From Gemmatimonadota bacterium (lineage in GTDB: Bacteria > Gemmatimonadota > Gemmatimonadetes > Palauibacterales > Palauibacteraceae): 64,000 nucleotides of DNA. Position 1 is the first letter of the stretch. The number at the start of each line of letters is the position of its first letter. Of this stretch, positions 1 through 9,751 are shown one piece after another. A program made the translations under genes and the position numbers. The stretch spans positions 17,936-81,935 of the forward strand of contig JAVVDU010000002.1 of NCBI GenBank assembly GCA_032251515.1, given 5' to 3'. The notes under the pieces are model-generated. The model was not told the DNA's origin, did no database searches, and was given only the letters and a program-made list of their open reading frames with translations.

Positions 1-840
1 GCCTGCGTGATTCGGGTCGAGAACCCGGAGCTGGCCTTCTGCCGCCTGGTTCCCCTGTTCGTCCGGGTGGCTGAGCCGGCTCCGGGCATCCACCCGGACG
101 CGGTCGTCTCTCCGGAGGCCCGCCTGGGCGCGGACGTCAGGATCGGCCCGGGGGCGGTCGTCGGGGACGGGGCCCGCATCGGCCGGAACACCTGGATCGA
201 GGCGCACGCGGTCGTCGGCGAAGGGGTGCGGATCGAAGAGGATTGCCGGCTCGGTCCGGGCTGCACGATCGCAGGACGCTCGGTGCTGGGTCGCCGCGTC
301 CACGTCCAGGCGGGCGCCCGGGTCGGCTGCGACGGATTCGGGTACGTGCGCACGGACGAGGGGCCCCGGAAGTTCCCGCAGGTGGGCCGCTGCCGGCTGG
401 GCGACGACGTGGAGATCGGGGCGAACAGCACGATCGACCGTGGCTCGCTGGGCGACACGGTCGTGGGTGCGGGGACGAAGATCGACAACCTCGTCCACAT
501 CGGGCACAACTGCCGGCTGGGCGAGGGCTGCCTGATCGCGGGCCAGGTCGGCATCGCCGGCAGCACGGTTCTCGGAGCCGGCGTCCGGGTGGCGGGCCAG
601 GTCGGCATCGCCGGCCACCTCGAGATCGGCGCCGGGGCCTCGATCGGGGCGAAGTCGGGCGTGATGTCGGACATACCGGCGGGCGAGACCTGGTCGGGGT
701 ATCCGGCCCGGCCGCACCGGACTTGGCTGCGTGCGACGGCGGGCTTCTTCCGGCTCCCCGAGCTGGCCCGTCGCGTCGAACGCCTGGAGCGGGATGGATC
801 GGCGCCGAGCGCCGGCCGGAAGGAGGGGAATGGTGAGTGA
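1..840 (+). CDS. lpxD: UDP-3-O-acylglucosamine N-acyltransferase LpxD (5' truncated by window edge)
   Basis: Frame is open from base 1. Left-handed beta-helix hexapeptide repeats (VGDGARIG.., IGANSTID..) with LpxD-type C-terminus. Followed by lpxC/fabZ and lpxA. Confidence 0.85.
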   Translation, partial: ACVIRVENPELAFCRLVPLFVRVAEPAPGIHPDAVVSPEARLGADVRIGPGAVVGDGARIGRNTWIEAHAVVGEGVRIEEDCRLGPGCTIAGRSVLGRRVHVQAGARVGCDGFGYVRTDEGPRKFPQVGRCRLGDDVEIGANSTIDRGSLGDTVVGAGTKIDNLVHIGHNCRLGEGCLIAGQVGIAGSTVLGAGVRVAGQVGIAGHLEIGAGASIGAKSGVMSDIPAGETWSGYPARPHRTWLRATAGFFRLPELARRVERLERDGSAPSAGRKEGNGE

Positions 841-2146
841 GAACGGAGCGGCGGCCGCGCCCGCGGCCCGGCAGAGAACGGTCGCCGACGCGTTCGTCCT
901 CGAGGGCCGGGGCCTGCACGGCGGAGAGGAAGCGCGCTGCGAGGTCCGGCCGGCCCCCCCCGGCACGGGCATCCTGTTCCGGCGGGTGGACCTCGAGGGG
1001 ACCCCGACCCTGCGGGCGGACGTCGAGCTGGTGTCCGGCGTGGAGTGGGAGACCGTTCTCCGTGTCGACGGAGCGGCCGTGCGGACGGCCGAACACCTCC
1101 TGGCGGCGCTCGCGGTGCACGCGGTGGACAACGCCGAGATCCGGCTCGCGGGCGCCGAGCCGCCGGCCCTGGACGGCAGCGCCGCCCCGTGGTGCGAGGC
1201 GGTGGGACGAGTCGGCACCGAGGAACAAGAGGGGGAGGCCCGCACGATCGAGGTCCGCGAGCCGCTGCGGATCGAGGAGGGAAGGAGCCGCTACACGATC
1301 ACGCCGTACGACGGGTACCGGGTCACGGCGGAGATCGACTTCGAGCACCCGTCGATCGGCCGCCAGTTCGCGTCGGCGCAGATCGCTCCGGGCTCCTTCT
1401 GCCGGGACGTGGCCCCGGCGCGCACGTTCGGTCTCGAGAGCTGGGCGGAGGGACTGCGCGCCCGCGGCCTCGCGCTGGGCGCCGATGCGCAGAACACGGT
1501 GGTCCTGTCCGAGGCGGGCCTGCAACCGGGCACGGAGCTGCGCTTCCCCGACGAGTTCGTGCGCCACAAGATCCTCGACGTGGTGGGAGACCTCGTCCTC
1601 GCCGGCGCCCGCCTGCGCGCCCACGTGGTCGCGGAGCGGCCGGGCCACCGGGGAAACGTGCAGGTGGCCCGCCGGCTGCGGCGCCTCCTGTTCCGCCCGG
1701 CGGACGGCGGGTTCGTGCTCGACGCGGAGGGGCTCCTCGCCTTTCTGCCGCACCGCTACCCGTTCCTCCTCGTGGACCGGGTGCTCGAGTTCGAGGGCGG
1801 ACGCCGGATCCTCGGGCTGAAGAACGTCACGCTGAACGAACCGTTCTTCGTGGGGCACTTCCCGGCGCACCCGGTGATGCCCGGCGTGCTGATCGTGGAG
1901 GGGATGGCGCAGACGGGCGGACTCCTGCTGATGCACGACATCGACGACCCGTCCGCGCGGGTCGTCTACTTCATGTCGATGACCGACGTGAAGTTCCGGC
2001 GGCCGGTGCGCCCCGGCGACCAGCTGCTGTACGATGTCGATCTGGTCCAGCTGCGAGGGCGCACCTGCCGCCTGCGGGGAGTCGCCACGGTGGCCGGCCG
2101 GGTGGTGGCGGAGGCGACCATGACCGCGCAGGTGATGGACCGCTGA
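830..2146 (+). CDS. lpxC/fabZ: bifunctional UDP-3-O-acyl-GlcNAc deacetylase / 3-hydroxyacyl-ACP dehydratase (LpxC-FabZ fusion)
   Basis: ATG at 830 is preceded by AAGGAGGGG and overlaps the lpxD stop. N-terminal LpxC region ([24 protein letters not shown]) and C-terminal FabZ hotdog ([32 protein letters not shown]). Confidence 0.9.
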   Translation: MVSENGAAAAPAARQRTVADAFVLEGRGLHGGEEARCEVRPAPPGTGILFRRVDLEGTPTLRADVELVSGVEWETVLRVDGAAVRTAEHLLAALAVHAVDNAEIRLAGAEPPALDGSAAPWCEAVGRVGTEEQEGEARTIEVREPLRIEEGRSRYTITPYDGYRVTAEIDFEHPSIGRQFASAQIAPGSFCRDVAPARTFGLESWAEGLRARGLALGADAQNTVVLSEAGLQPGTELRFPDEFVRHKILDVVGDLVLAGARLRAHVVAERPGHRGNVQVARRLRRLLFRPADGGFVLDAEGLLAFLPHRYPFLLVDRVLEFEGGRRILGLKNVTLNEPFFVGHFPAHPVMPGVLIVEGMAQTGGLLLMHDIDDPSARVVYFMSMTDVKFRRPVRPGDQLLYDVDLVQLRGRTCRLRGVATVAGRVVAEATMTAQVMDR

Positions 2147-2148
2147 CC

Positions 2149-2955
2149 GTGTCCGAAGAGCCCGCGGCCGGCGGCCCGCACCCGGGCATTCATCCCACGG
2201 CGATCGTGGATCCCGGCGCGTGGGTAGCGCCGTCGGCCACCGTCGGGCCGGGCAGCGTCATCGGCCCGGCGGTCCAGATCGGGGCCGGGACGCGGGTCGG
2301 GTCCCACGTGCTGATCCAGAGGGACACGCGGGTGGGCGAGGACTGTCGGATCTCGCACGGTGCGGCGCTGGGTACCGACCCGCAGGACCTGAAGTACGAG
2401 GGGGAGCCGACCCGCCTCGAGATCGGCTCGCGCACCGTGATCCGGGAGTTCTGCACCTTGAACCGCGGAACCGCCGCGACGGGCGTCACCCGGGTGGGGG
2501 CGGACGTCGTGCTGATGGCTTCCGTGCACGTGGCGCACGACTGCCGGATCGGCGACCACGTCATCGTGGCCAACGCGGCGCAGCTCGGCGGCCACGTCGA
2601 GATCGGCGACTGGGCGGTTCTCGGAGGGCTGGCAGGGGTGCACCAGTTCTGCCGGGTCGGCGCGCACGCCCTGGTGGGCGGCTGTTCGCGGGTCACGCAG
2701 GACATCCCTCCTTTCCTCATGGCCGTCGGCAACCCGTGCGCGCTGCACGGCGTGAACGTGGTCGGGCTGCGCCGGCGGGGGTTCACGGACGACACGGTCA
2801 CGGAGATCCGTCGCGCCCATCGCACGATATTCCGCAGCCGGGAGCTCCACCTCGGCCGTGCCATGGACCGCCTGGAGGCGGAGGGGCCGCCCGGCCCGGA
2901 GGTCGCGCGCCTGCTCGCCTTCATCCGCGCGAGCCGGCGCGGCGTGATCACGTGA
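2149..2955 (+). CDS. lpxA: UDP-N-acetylglucosamine O-acyltransferase LpxA
   Basis: GTG start 3 nt after the lpxC/fabZ stop. Hexapeptide beta-helix with LpxA C-terminal helical domain (GLRRRGF..IRRAHRTIFRS). The 268-aa tail was counted back from the ORF 1045..2955 stop. Confidence 0.85.
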   Translation: MSEEPAAGGPHPGIHPTAIVDPGAWVAPSATVGPGSVIGPAVQIGAGTRVGSHVLIQRDTRVGEDCRISHGAALGTDPQDLKYEGEPTRLEIGSRTVIREFCTLNRGTAATGVTRVGADVVLMASVHVAHDCRIGDHVIVANAAQLGGHVEIGDWAVLGGLAGVHQFCRVGAHALVGGCSRVTQDIPPFLMAVGNPCALHGVNVVGLRRRGFTDDTVTEIRRAHRTIFRSRELHLGRAMDRLEAEGPPGPEVARLLAFIRASRRGVIT

Positions 2956-3938
2956 GCGCCGTGCGGTTCGCGGTCCTGGGCACGGGCCGGCTGGGCTCCG
3001 TGCACGCGCGGCTGCTGGGGACGATCGACGGGGTGCGCCTGGTCGGCGTCCACGACGCCTCGCCGGCCCGGGCGGCCGCCGTCGCGGAGGCGTGCGGGAC
3101 GGTCGCGTTCGCGGACCCGGCCCGGCTGCTGCGCGAGGCGGATGCGGTCGTGGTGGCGGTTTCGACGTCGGCGCACCACGCCGTGGCCGCCGCGGCGATC
3201 TCCGCGGGCCGTCACGTGCTCGTGGAGAAGCCTCTGGCGCCCTCGCTGGAGGAGGCGGACGACCTGGTGGAGCGGGCGGCGGCCCGCGGCGTGCTCCTGT
3301 GCGTAGGGCACGTGGAGCGCTTCAACCCGGCGATCCGTGCCTGCCGGCCGCACCTCGCCGACCCGCGGTTCGTGACCTGCCAGCGCCTCGCGCCGTTCCA
3401 GCAGCGGGGGACCGACGTGCCGGTGATGCTCGACCTGATGATCCACGACATCGATCTGGTGCTGGACCTGGTCGACAGCGCCGTGGAATCAGTCCAGGCG
3501 ATCGGAGTGCCCGTGTTCACCGACACCATCGACCTGGCCAACGCCCGGATCACGTTCCGCAACGGCGCGGTGGCCGACATCAGCGCCAGCCGCGCCTCGG
3601 CCGACCGGACCCGCCACTTGCGGCTGTTCCAGCCGACCGGCTACTTCAGCCTGGACCTGGCGGCGGGCCGCGGCGTGTACCTGCGTCGCCGCCCGGGAGA
3701 GGGACCAGCCGGGACGATCGTTCCCCCCGCCGGACTGGCCGATCTCGTGGAGACCATTCCGCTCGCGGGGCCGCCGGGCGAGCCCCTCCGCCTGGAACTG
3801 GAGGCGTTCCGGGACGCGATCCTCGGGCGGCCGGGCGGCACCGCGACGGCCGGGGAGGGCCGGGCCGCCCTCGAAGTGGCGCTGCGAATTCAACGGGACA
3901 TCGAGCGGGGGAGCCATGTCGCTGCGGGACATCCGTGA
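2952..3938 (+). CDS. Gfo/Idh/MocA-family NAD(P)-dependent oxidoreductase embedded in the lpx operon (GnnA-like candidate)
   Basis: GTG start overlaps the lpxA TGA (GTGA). Rossmann N-terminus (FAVLGTGRLGSVHARLL), an EKP motif (LVEKPLA) and a Gfo/Idh/MocA C-terminal domain. 328 aa. Confidence 0.7.
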   Translation: MSAVRFAVLGTGRLGSVHARLLGTIDGVRLVGVHDASPARAAAVAEACGTVAFADPARLLREADAVVVAVSTSAHHAVAAAAISAGRHVLVEKPLAPSLEEADDLVERAAARGVLLCVGHVERFNPAIRACRPHLADPRFVTCQRLAPFQQRGTDVPVMLDLMIHDIDLVLDLVDSAVESVQAIGVPVFTDTIDLANARITFRNGAVADISASRASADRTRHLRLFQPTGYFSLDLAAGRGVYLRRRPGEGPAGTIVPPAGLADLVETIPLAGPPGEPLRLELEAFRDAILGRPGGTATAGEGRAALEVALRIQRDIERGSHVAAGHP

Positions 3939-4050
3939 AGAGCGTAAGAAGCTGGGATTCGGACCGAAGCGGGGCCTCCGGACGGGGACGCTGATCCTGC
4001 TGCTGCTGCTCGTCCTGCTCCTCATCGCCTACCTCGACCGTGCCGGCTGA
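3916..4050 (+). CDS. possible 44-aa single-pass membrane peptide (MSLRDIREERKKLGFGPKRGLRTGTLILLLLLVLLLIAYLDRAG)
   Basis: ATG-initiated sORF filling the oxidoreductase-lpxB junction, overlapping both. Charged N-terminus plus a Leu-rich TM helix. Not in the supplied ORF track because it is under 60 aa. Confidence 0.25.
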   Translation: MSLRDIREERKKLGFGPKRGLRTGTLILLLLLVLLLIAYLDRAG

Positions 4051-5161
4051 ACCGGAGATCTTCCTTCTCGCCGGGGAGCCTTCGGGAGACCGCGCCGGCG
4101 CGGAACTGGCGCGCGCCCTGCGGCGGCGGATCCCGGGGGCGCGCCTGGCCGGCCTGGGCGGCGACGGGATGCGGGCCGCGGGCGTCGAGCTCCTCGAGCA
4201 CGTCGACCGCCTGGCCATCCTCGGGTTCGCCGAGGTCGTGCGGCACCTGCCCCGCCTGGCGCGCCTGCGACGCCGCGTGGAGCGGAGGATCCTGGAGCGC
4301 CGCCCCGCCCTGGTCGTGGCCATCGACTATCCGGGCTTCAACCTTCCCGTGGCCGAGACGGTGCGCCGCCGCGGCATCCCGGTGCTGTGGTACGTGGTAC
4401 CGCAGGTCTGGGCGTGGCGCGAAGGACGCGCGGCCCGGCTCGGGCGCGCGGCGGACGCGGTGTGCGCCGTCCTGCCGTTCGAACCGGATTTCCTCGCCCG
4501 GCACGGGGTGGCCGCGACGTTCGTCGGGCACCCGGTCCTGGACTCCCCTCCGGTCGAGGCGCGACCGCCGCTCGAGGAGGCGGACCGAGCGCCCCGGCTG
4601 GGGCTGTTCCCGGGGTCACGGGCCCAGGAGGTACGCCGCATGCTGCCGCGGTTTCTCGCGGCCGCCGCGGAACTGCAGCGGGAGCGGCCGGACCTCACGG
4701 TGCACGTCGCCCGGGCGCCCGGCCTGCCCCCGCGGCTCTACGCCCGGTGTCCGCCCGGGACGCTGGCCCCGCCGGCGGAGGTGATCGCCGGTTCCGACGC
4801 CGCCATCGCGAAATCGGGCACCGTGACCCTCGAACTGGCGGCGGCCGGCGTGGCGATGACCGTGGGGTACCGGCTCCACCCGCTTTCCTTCGCGCTGGCC
4901 CGGCGCCTCGTGCGAGTACCGCACGTCTCCCTGGTGAACCTCGTCGCCGGCCGTGCCCTCGTGCCCGAGCGGATCCAGGGGGACCTGACTCCGGGGACTC
5001 TGGCGGCGGACGTGCGGCCGCTTCTCGTCGCGGGTTCCGAGCGGCGCCGGGCGATGCGGGAGGGCCTGGCGGACGTCACCCGGCGTCTCGGAGGGGCCGG
5101 TGCCGCGGACCGGGTGGCCGCGATCGCGGTGACGCTGATCGGGAGCGGGTCGGGTCGATGA
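4040..5161 (+). CDS. lpxB: lipid-A-disaccharide synthase LpxB
   Basis: GT19 family features: N-terminal FLLAGEPSGD, and the PGSRxxE motif. Confidence 0.85.
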   Translation: MPAEPEIFLLAGEPSGDRAGAELARALRRRIPGARLAGLGGDGMRAAGVELLEHVDRLAILGFAEVVRHLPRLARLRRRVERRILERRPALVVAIDYPGFNLPVAETVRRRGIPVLWYVVPQVWAWREGRAARLGRAADAVCAVLPFEPDFLARHGVAATFVGHPVLDSPPVEARPPLEEADRAPRLGLFPGSRAQEVRRMLPRFLAAAAELQRERPDLTVHVARAPGLPPRLYARCPPGTLAPPAEVIAGSDAAIAKSGTVTLELAAAGVAMTVGYRLHPLSFALARRLVRVPHVSLVNLVAGRALVPERIQGDLTPGTLAADVRPLLVAGSERRRAMREGLADVTRRLGGAGAADRVAAIAVTLIGSGSGR

Positions 5162-5805
5162 GCGGGACGGACGCGGTCCTGGCCGCCGGCCTGCGGGCGC
5201 TGGGGCGCAGCTGGCGCTACTTCGACGTCGCGGAGGACGGGCGAGTGTCGCCGGCCCGCTTCCACACCGGTGGCGCCCTGCACGTGTTCTGGCACCGGGA
5301 TGCACTCGCGCTCCTGCTGCGGCACCGGGAGGAAGGAGTGGGCGTGATGGTGAGCCGCAGCGCCGACGGAGACGTGGCCGCGGCGGTCGCCGCCCGCCTC
5401 GGCTACCGGCCCTTCCGGGGCTCCTCCTCCCGCGACGGCCAGGCCGCCATGCGCGGCATGATCGAGGCGGGCGCGAAGGGCATCCCGCTCGGCCTGGCGG
5501 TGGACGGGCCGCGCGGGCCGGCGCGCATCTGTAAGGGGGGAGCGGTACGGATCGCGGCGGCGAGCGGCATCCCCGTGGTGCCTCTCGCCGCCGCGGCTCG
5601 CCGCGCGGTCACCTTGCGCAGCTGGGACCGCTTCCAGGTGCCCCTGCCCGGAGCGCGCGTCTACGTGGCGCAGGGACGGCCGTTGCCGGTGCCGGCGGGG
5701 CCGGACCTGGACTTCGAGGCGTGGCAGAGCCGGATCGCGGCGGCGCTCGATGCGGGAGCCGTCCGGGCCCGCCGCGCGGCGGAGCGCGAGGGAGGCAGGG
5801 CATGA
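5158..5805 (+). CDS. DUF374 / lysophospholipid-acyltransferase-like protein
   Basis: ATGA overlaps with both lpxB (upstream) and lpxK (downstream). DUF374 is typically found next to kdtA/lpxK in lipid A clusters. Confidence 0.55.
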   Translation: MSGTDAVLAAGLRALGRSWRYFDVAEDGRVSPARFHTGGALHVFWHRDALALLLRHREEGVGVMVSRSADGDVAAAVAARLGYRPFRGSSSRDGQAAMRGMIEAGAKGIPLGLAVDGPRGPARICKGGAVRIAAASGIPVVPLAAAARRAVTLRSWDRFQVPLPGARVYVAQGRPLPVPAGPDLDFEAWQSRIAAALDAGAVRARRAAEREGGRA

Positions 5806-6893
5806 GCCGGCCCCCGGAGAGACGGCACCGGGGGAGTGGGGGAGCGCCGCCGCGCGATCGGCTGGAGGGGCGCATCCGGACGGCGTGGCGCCGTGGGCCG
5901 GGACCCGGACTCCGCCTCGCGGCGCTGGCGTACGGTGCCGGGCACGATGTGCGCGATCTGCTGCACGAGGCGGGCGTCACGGCGATGCGACGGGCCGCGG
6001 TCCCGGTGATCTCGGTCGGCGGTCTGACGGCCGGAGGGAGCGGCAAGACACCGGTGGCCGCCCTGCTCGCCGCGGACCTGCGGCGGGCCGGCTGGTCGCC
6101 CGCCGTCGTGACGGCCGGGGACGCCGATGAAGCGGCGCTCGTCGGGGCGATGGCCCCGGGCATCCGGGTCGCGGCGGGTCGGGATCGGGTCGCGGCGATC
6201 GGGCGCGCCGTCGCCGGGGGGGCCAACGCCGTGGTGCTCGATTCCGGCTTCCAGCACCGGCGCCTGGCCCGTGACCTGGATGTCGTCTGCCTCGACCCGG
6301 AGGCGTGGGCGGGACCTGGGCCGTACCGGCTTCCCGCCGGCCCCTTCCGCGAGCGGCCGGGCGCCCTGGCGCGGGCCGGCGCGGTCGTCCTGGTCGTGCG
6401 GCCCGGGGCGCCGGAGACGGGCGTGGAGGCCGCCGCGGCCGCCGCCGCCCGGCACGCTCCGCGGCGGCCCCGGGCGGTGCTTCGCCTGGATCCGGCGGGA
6501 CTGCGCCCCGCGAACGATCGGGCCGCGGGCCGTGCCCCGGGTCCGGGTGTCGCGGCGGCGGCGGGCGTGATGTGGCCGGAGGCGTTCTTCCGGACGCTGC
6601 GGCGGACGGGCGTGTCGCCGGCACGCACGCTCCGGTTCCGGGACCACGAGTCGTTCGAGGGGCGGGCCCTGGCGCGCGTCCGGGAGGCGGCGGCCCGTGC
6701 GGGACTCGTGTGTACCCGGAAGGATGCCGTGAAGCTCGGGCCGCTCCTCGCGTCCGACGTGCCGGTGTGGTATCTCGATGAGGTCCCGCGCTGGGGGCGG
6801 GGAGGGGAAGCGATCCGGCGCGCCGTGCGTCATGCCGTCGGGCTCGCGTCCCTGGGGCGGGTCGATGGGACCATCCGGGGAGAGGAATCATGA
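5802..6893 (+). CDS. lpxK: tetraacyldisaccharide 4'-kinase LpxK
   Basis: P-loop VISVGGLTAGGSGKTP. LpxK length and position after lpxB. Start is M28 of ORF 5721..6893. Confidence 0.8.
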   Translation: MSRPPERRHRGSGGAPPRDRLEGRIRTAWRRGPGPGLRLAALAYGAGHDVRDLLHEAGVTAMRRAAVPVISVGGLTAGGSGKTPVAALLAADLRRAGWSPAVVTAGDADEAALVGAMAPGIRVAAGRDRVAAIGRAVAGGANAVVLDSGFQHRRLARDLDVVCLDPEAWAGPGPYRLPAGPFRERPGALARAGAVVLVVRPGAPETGVEAAAAAAARHAPRRPRAVLRLDPAGLRPANDRAAGRAPGPGVAAAAGVMWPEAFFRTLRRTGVSPARTLRFRDHESFEGRALARVREAAARAGLVCTRKDAVKLGPLLASDVPVWYLDEVPRWGRGGEAIRRAVRHAVGLASLGRVDGTIRGEES

Positions 6894-8473
6894 GCGCTGT
6901 CCCGACGGTGCACGCAGACGTGCTCGTGGTGGGGAGCGGAATCGCGGGTCTCAGCTTCGCGCTCAAGGCGGCGGAGCGGCTCGACGTGCTCGTCGCGACC
7001 AAGAAGGCGCGTGTCGAGTCGAGCACGAACTACGCCCAGGGGGGGGTGGCCGCCGTGTTCGGGTCCGACGACTCGTTCGCCCTGCACGTGGCGGACACGC
7101 TCGTCGCGGGCGCGGGACTGTGTCACCAGCGCGCGGTGGAGGAGCTCGTCGGCGAAGGTCCCGCCCGGGTCCGTGAGCTCGTCGAGTGGGGCGTGCGGTT
7201 CACTCGCGAGCGGGGCGAAGTCGCTCTGGGCCGGGAGGCCGGACACAGTCGGCGCCGGATCCTGCACGCCGCGGACCTCACCGGCCGCGAGATCGAACGG
7301 GCCCTGGTGACGGCGGTGGCCGAGCATCCGCGGATCCGGGTGCTGGAGGACCACTTCGCGTGGTCGCTCACCACGGGCCGGGACCCGGTCTCGTCGCGCA
7401 CGCGCTGCGACGGGGCGCTGGTGCTGGACGTCCGCGCGGCGAACTGGCTGCGGGTGCAGGCACGCGCCGTCCTCCTGGCCACCGGCGGATGCGGACGGCT
7501 CTACCGTCACACCACGAACCCGGACATCGCGACGGGAGACGGGATCGCGCTGGGCTACCTCGCGGGAGCCGCGGTGGCCAACCTCGAGTTCGTCCAGTTC
7601 CATCCCACCGCCCTGTACCCGGCGGCCGACCGGGCGCGACTGATCTCCGAGGCCGTCCGGGGAGAGGGGGCGGAGTTGAAGACCGTCGCGGGCCGGCCGT
7701 TCATGGAGCGGTATCATCCCGCGGGTTCCCTGGCGCCGCGCGACGTCGTGGCTCGTGCCATCGACGCCGAGATGAAGGCCGGCGGCGCGGACCACGTGCT
7801 TCTCGACCTCGGCGCCGTGCCGGCGGACCGGGTGACGGAGCGCTTCCCGCACATCGTCGCCACGTGTGCCGACCAGGGCATCTCCCTGCCCGGGGATCCG
7901 ATTCCGGTCGTTCCCGCCGCCCACTACCAGTGCGGAGGGCTTCTCACGGACTGGGACGGCCGTACGTCGCTGGCGGGCCTGTACGCGGCAGGGGAGACGG
8001 CCTGCACAGGCGTGCACGGGGCCAACCGGCTCGCATCGAACTCGCTCCTCGAGGCGGTCGTGTTCGCGCACCGGGCGGTACGAAGGGTGTTCCGGGAGCT
8101 TCGCCACGTGCCATCGGTCCTGCCCTCGCCCGCTCCCACGGCGCCCGCGCTCGCGGCCGCGGGAGAGCCACCGGCGGGCGTGGAGTCGCGGATCCGCGAC
8201 CTCATGTGGGAGAACGCGGGCATCGTGCGCTCGCGGGAGCGACTCGAGGCGGCCGGCGAGGCGCTGGACGCCCTCGCCGGGGTCCGCATCGGACGCGACG
8301 GCAGCGGCGACGGGGCGATGCGTGCCCGGGAGGTCGAGTTCATGCGGGGCGTGGCTTCCCTGATCGTCCGCTGTGCCGAGCGGCGGCGGGAAAGCCGCGG
8401 TCTCCACTACACGGAGACGTGGCCGGCGCGCGACAACGAGCGCTTCCTGCGCGACACGGTCCTCGCGCGGTGA
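6890..8473 (+). CDS. nadB: L-aspartate oxidase NadB
   Basis: FAD-binding N-terminus DVLVVGSGIAGL. Fumarate reductase/succinate dehydrogenase flavoprotein-like, with NadB-specific length (527 aa). Confidence 0.85.
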   Translation: MSAVPTVHADVLVVGSGIAGLSFALKAAERLDVLVATKKARVESSTNYAQGGVAAVFGSDDSFALHVADTLVAGAGLCHQRAVEELVGEGPARVRELVEWGVRFTRERGEVALGREAGHSRRRILHAADLTGREIERALVTAVAEHPRIRVLEDHFAWSLTTGRDPVSSRTRCDGALVLDVRAANWLRVQARAVLLATGGCGRLYRHTTNPDIATGDGIALGYLAGAAVANLEFVQFHPTALYPAADRARLISEAVRGEGAELKTVAGRPFMERYHPAGSLAPRDVVARAIDAEMKAGGADHVLLDLGAVPADRVTERFPHIVATCADQGISLPGDPIPVVPAAHYQCGGLLTDWDGRTSLAGLYAAGETACTGVHGANRLASNSLLEAVVFAHRAVRRVFRELRHVPSVLPSPAPTAPALAAAGEPPAGVESRIRDLMWENAGIVRSRERLEAAGEALDALAGVRIGRDGSGDGAMRAREVEFMRGVASLIVRCAERRRESRGLHYTETWPARDNERFLRDTVLAR

Positions 8474-8513
8474 GGCCGCTCGCCGGCCGGGTCCTGCAGC
8501 CGGAGACGAGCCC

Positions 8514-8990
8514 GTGCGGGTCCTGATCCTGGCCGTCGGCGCGCCCCGGAACCGGGCGCTGGCTGCGGCGATTCGCGAGTACGAGACGCGGGCCGGACGC
8601 TACTTTTCCCTGGAGGCGATCGAGGTCCCGGCCGCCCGTACCGGACGTGCGGCGCCGCCGGAACTGGTGCGACGGAAGGAAGCCGAGGACCTGCGACAGC
8701 GACTGCCGGCCGACCTGCGGAGCATCGCGCTGACCCGTGAAGGACGCCCGTTCACGTCGCGGGACCTCGCCGGGCGGCTGTCCGATCTCGCCACGTACGG
8801 GGGCGCCGGGATCGCGTTCCTGATCGGGGGGGCGCACGGTTTGGATGCCGCGCTCCGCGAGGCCTGCGAGAGGCGCCTGTCCCTCTCGGCCCTGACGCTG
8901 CCGCACGACCTGGCCCGGCTGGTCCTGGCGGAGCAACTCTACCGCGCCGGCACGATCCTCCGGGGCGAACCGTATCACAAGGGACGATGA
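8514..8990 (+). CDS. rlmH: 23S rRNA (pseudouridine1915-N3)-methyltransferase RlmH
   Basis: SPOUT family, 158 aa. Conserved LIGGAHGL and C-terminal LPHDLARLVLAEQLYRA. Confidence 0.75.
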   Translation: MRVLILAVGAPRNRALAAAIREYETRAGRYFSLEAIEVPAARTGRAAPPELVRRKEAEDLRQRLPADLRSIALTREGRPFTSRDLAGRLSDLATYGGAGIAFLIGGAHGLDAALREACERRLSLSALTLPHDLARLVLAEQLYRAGTILRGEPYHKGR

Positions 8991-9751
8991 GACGATCGAG
9001 CGAGGGAGGGGAGGTCTCCCGGGAGTGGTTCCGGGACTGGTTCGGCGAGGAGTACCTCGCCCTGTATCCGCACCGGAACGCGCGCGAGGCCACCCGGGCC
9101 GTGCGCCTGTTCCTGGAGGCCGTGCCGCCCCCCGAGGGCGGCACCGTCCTCGACGTCGGCTGCGGGGCGGGCCGGCACCTGCGGGAGCTCCTGGCCTGCG
9201 GCGTGCCCGCGGTGGGCCTCGACCTGTCGCGCGTCTTGCTCGGCCGGGCCCGCCAGCGCTGTCCCCGCGCCCGTCTCGTGCGGGGTGACATGCGCTTCCT
9301 GCCGTTCCGCGACGGCGCGTTCTCCGGGCTCACGAGCTTCTTCACGTCGTTCGGCTATTTCGCTTCGCGGGAGGAGGATGCACGCGTGGTCACGGAGATG
9401 CGGCGCGTACTGCAGCGCGGCGGTCCGTTCCTGCTCGACTTCCTGAACGCCGACCGCGTACGGCAGGACCTCGTGGCGCGCGACGAGAGGCGGGTCGGCA
9501 CGACGCGCGTCACGCAGACGCGCGAGATCCAGGGTGACACGGTGGTCAAGACGATCCGCCTGAGCGACGAAGACGGCGCCGGGGAGGGGGAGCGCACCTT
9601 TCACGAGCGGGTGCGGCTGTACCCGCCCGCGGACCTGGAGGCGCTCCTCGCGGCGCACGGCATGCGGACCGAGGACCGCTTCGGCTCCTACGGGGGGGAG
9701 CCGTTCGACGGCCGGTCACACCGGCTGATCCTGGCGGGACGGGCGGCATGA
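8987..9751 (+). CDS. class I SAM-dependent methyltransferase
   Basis: SAM motif I VLDVGCGAGRH and post-I acidic residue. Methyltransf_11-like. Confidence 0.6.
   Translation: MRRSSEGGEVSREWFRDWFGEEYLALYPHRNAREATRAVRLFLEAVPPPEGGTVLDVGCGAGRHLRELLACGVPAVGLDLSRVLLGRARQRCPRARLVRGDMRFLPFRDGAFSGLTSFFTSFGYFASREEDARVVTEMRRVLQRGGPFLLDFLNADRVRQDLVARDERRVGTTRVTQTREIQGDTVVKTIRLSDEDGAGEGERTFHERVRLYPPADLEALLAAHGMRTEDRFGSYGGEPFDGRSHRLILAGRAA

Noticed and set aside
137-1936. 599-aa minus-strand ORF (Arg/Pro-rich) antisense to lpxD and lpxC/fabZ
   Set aside because: Low-complexity R/P/G composition typical of the wrong frame in high-GC DNA. It overlaps strongly supported lpx genes. There are many similar cases (13482..17216-, 50244..53777+, 26168..28981+, 41264..44311+ and others).
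3960-4025. CTG/CTC trinucleotide repeat (ctgctgctgctgctcgtcctgctcctc)
   Set aside because: Leu-codon run encoding the TM helix of the small ORF. Not a CRISPR array or an SSR of regulatory significance.
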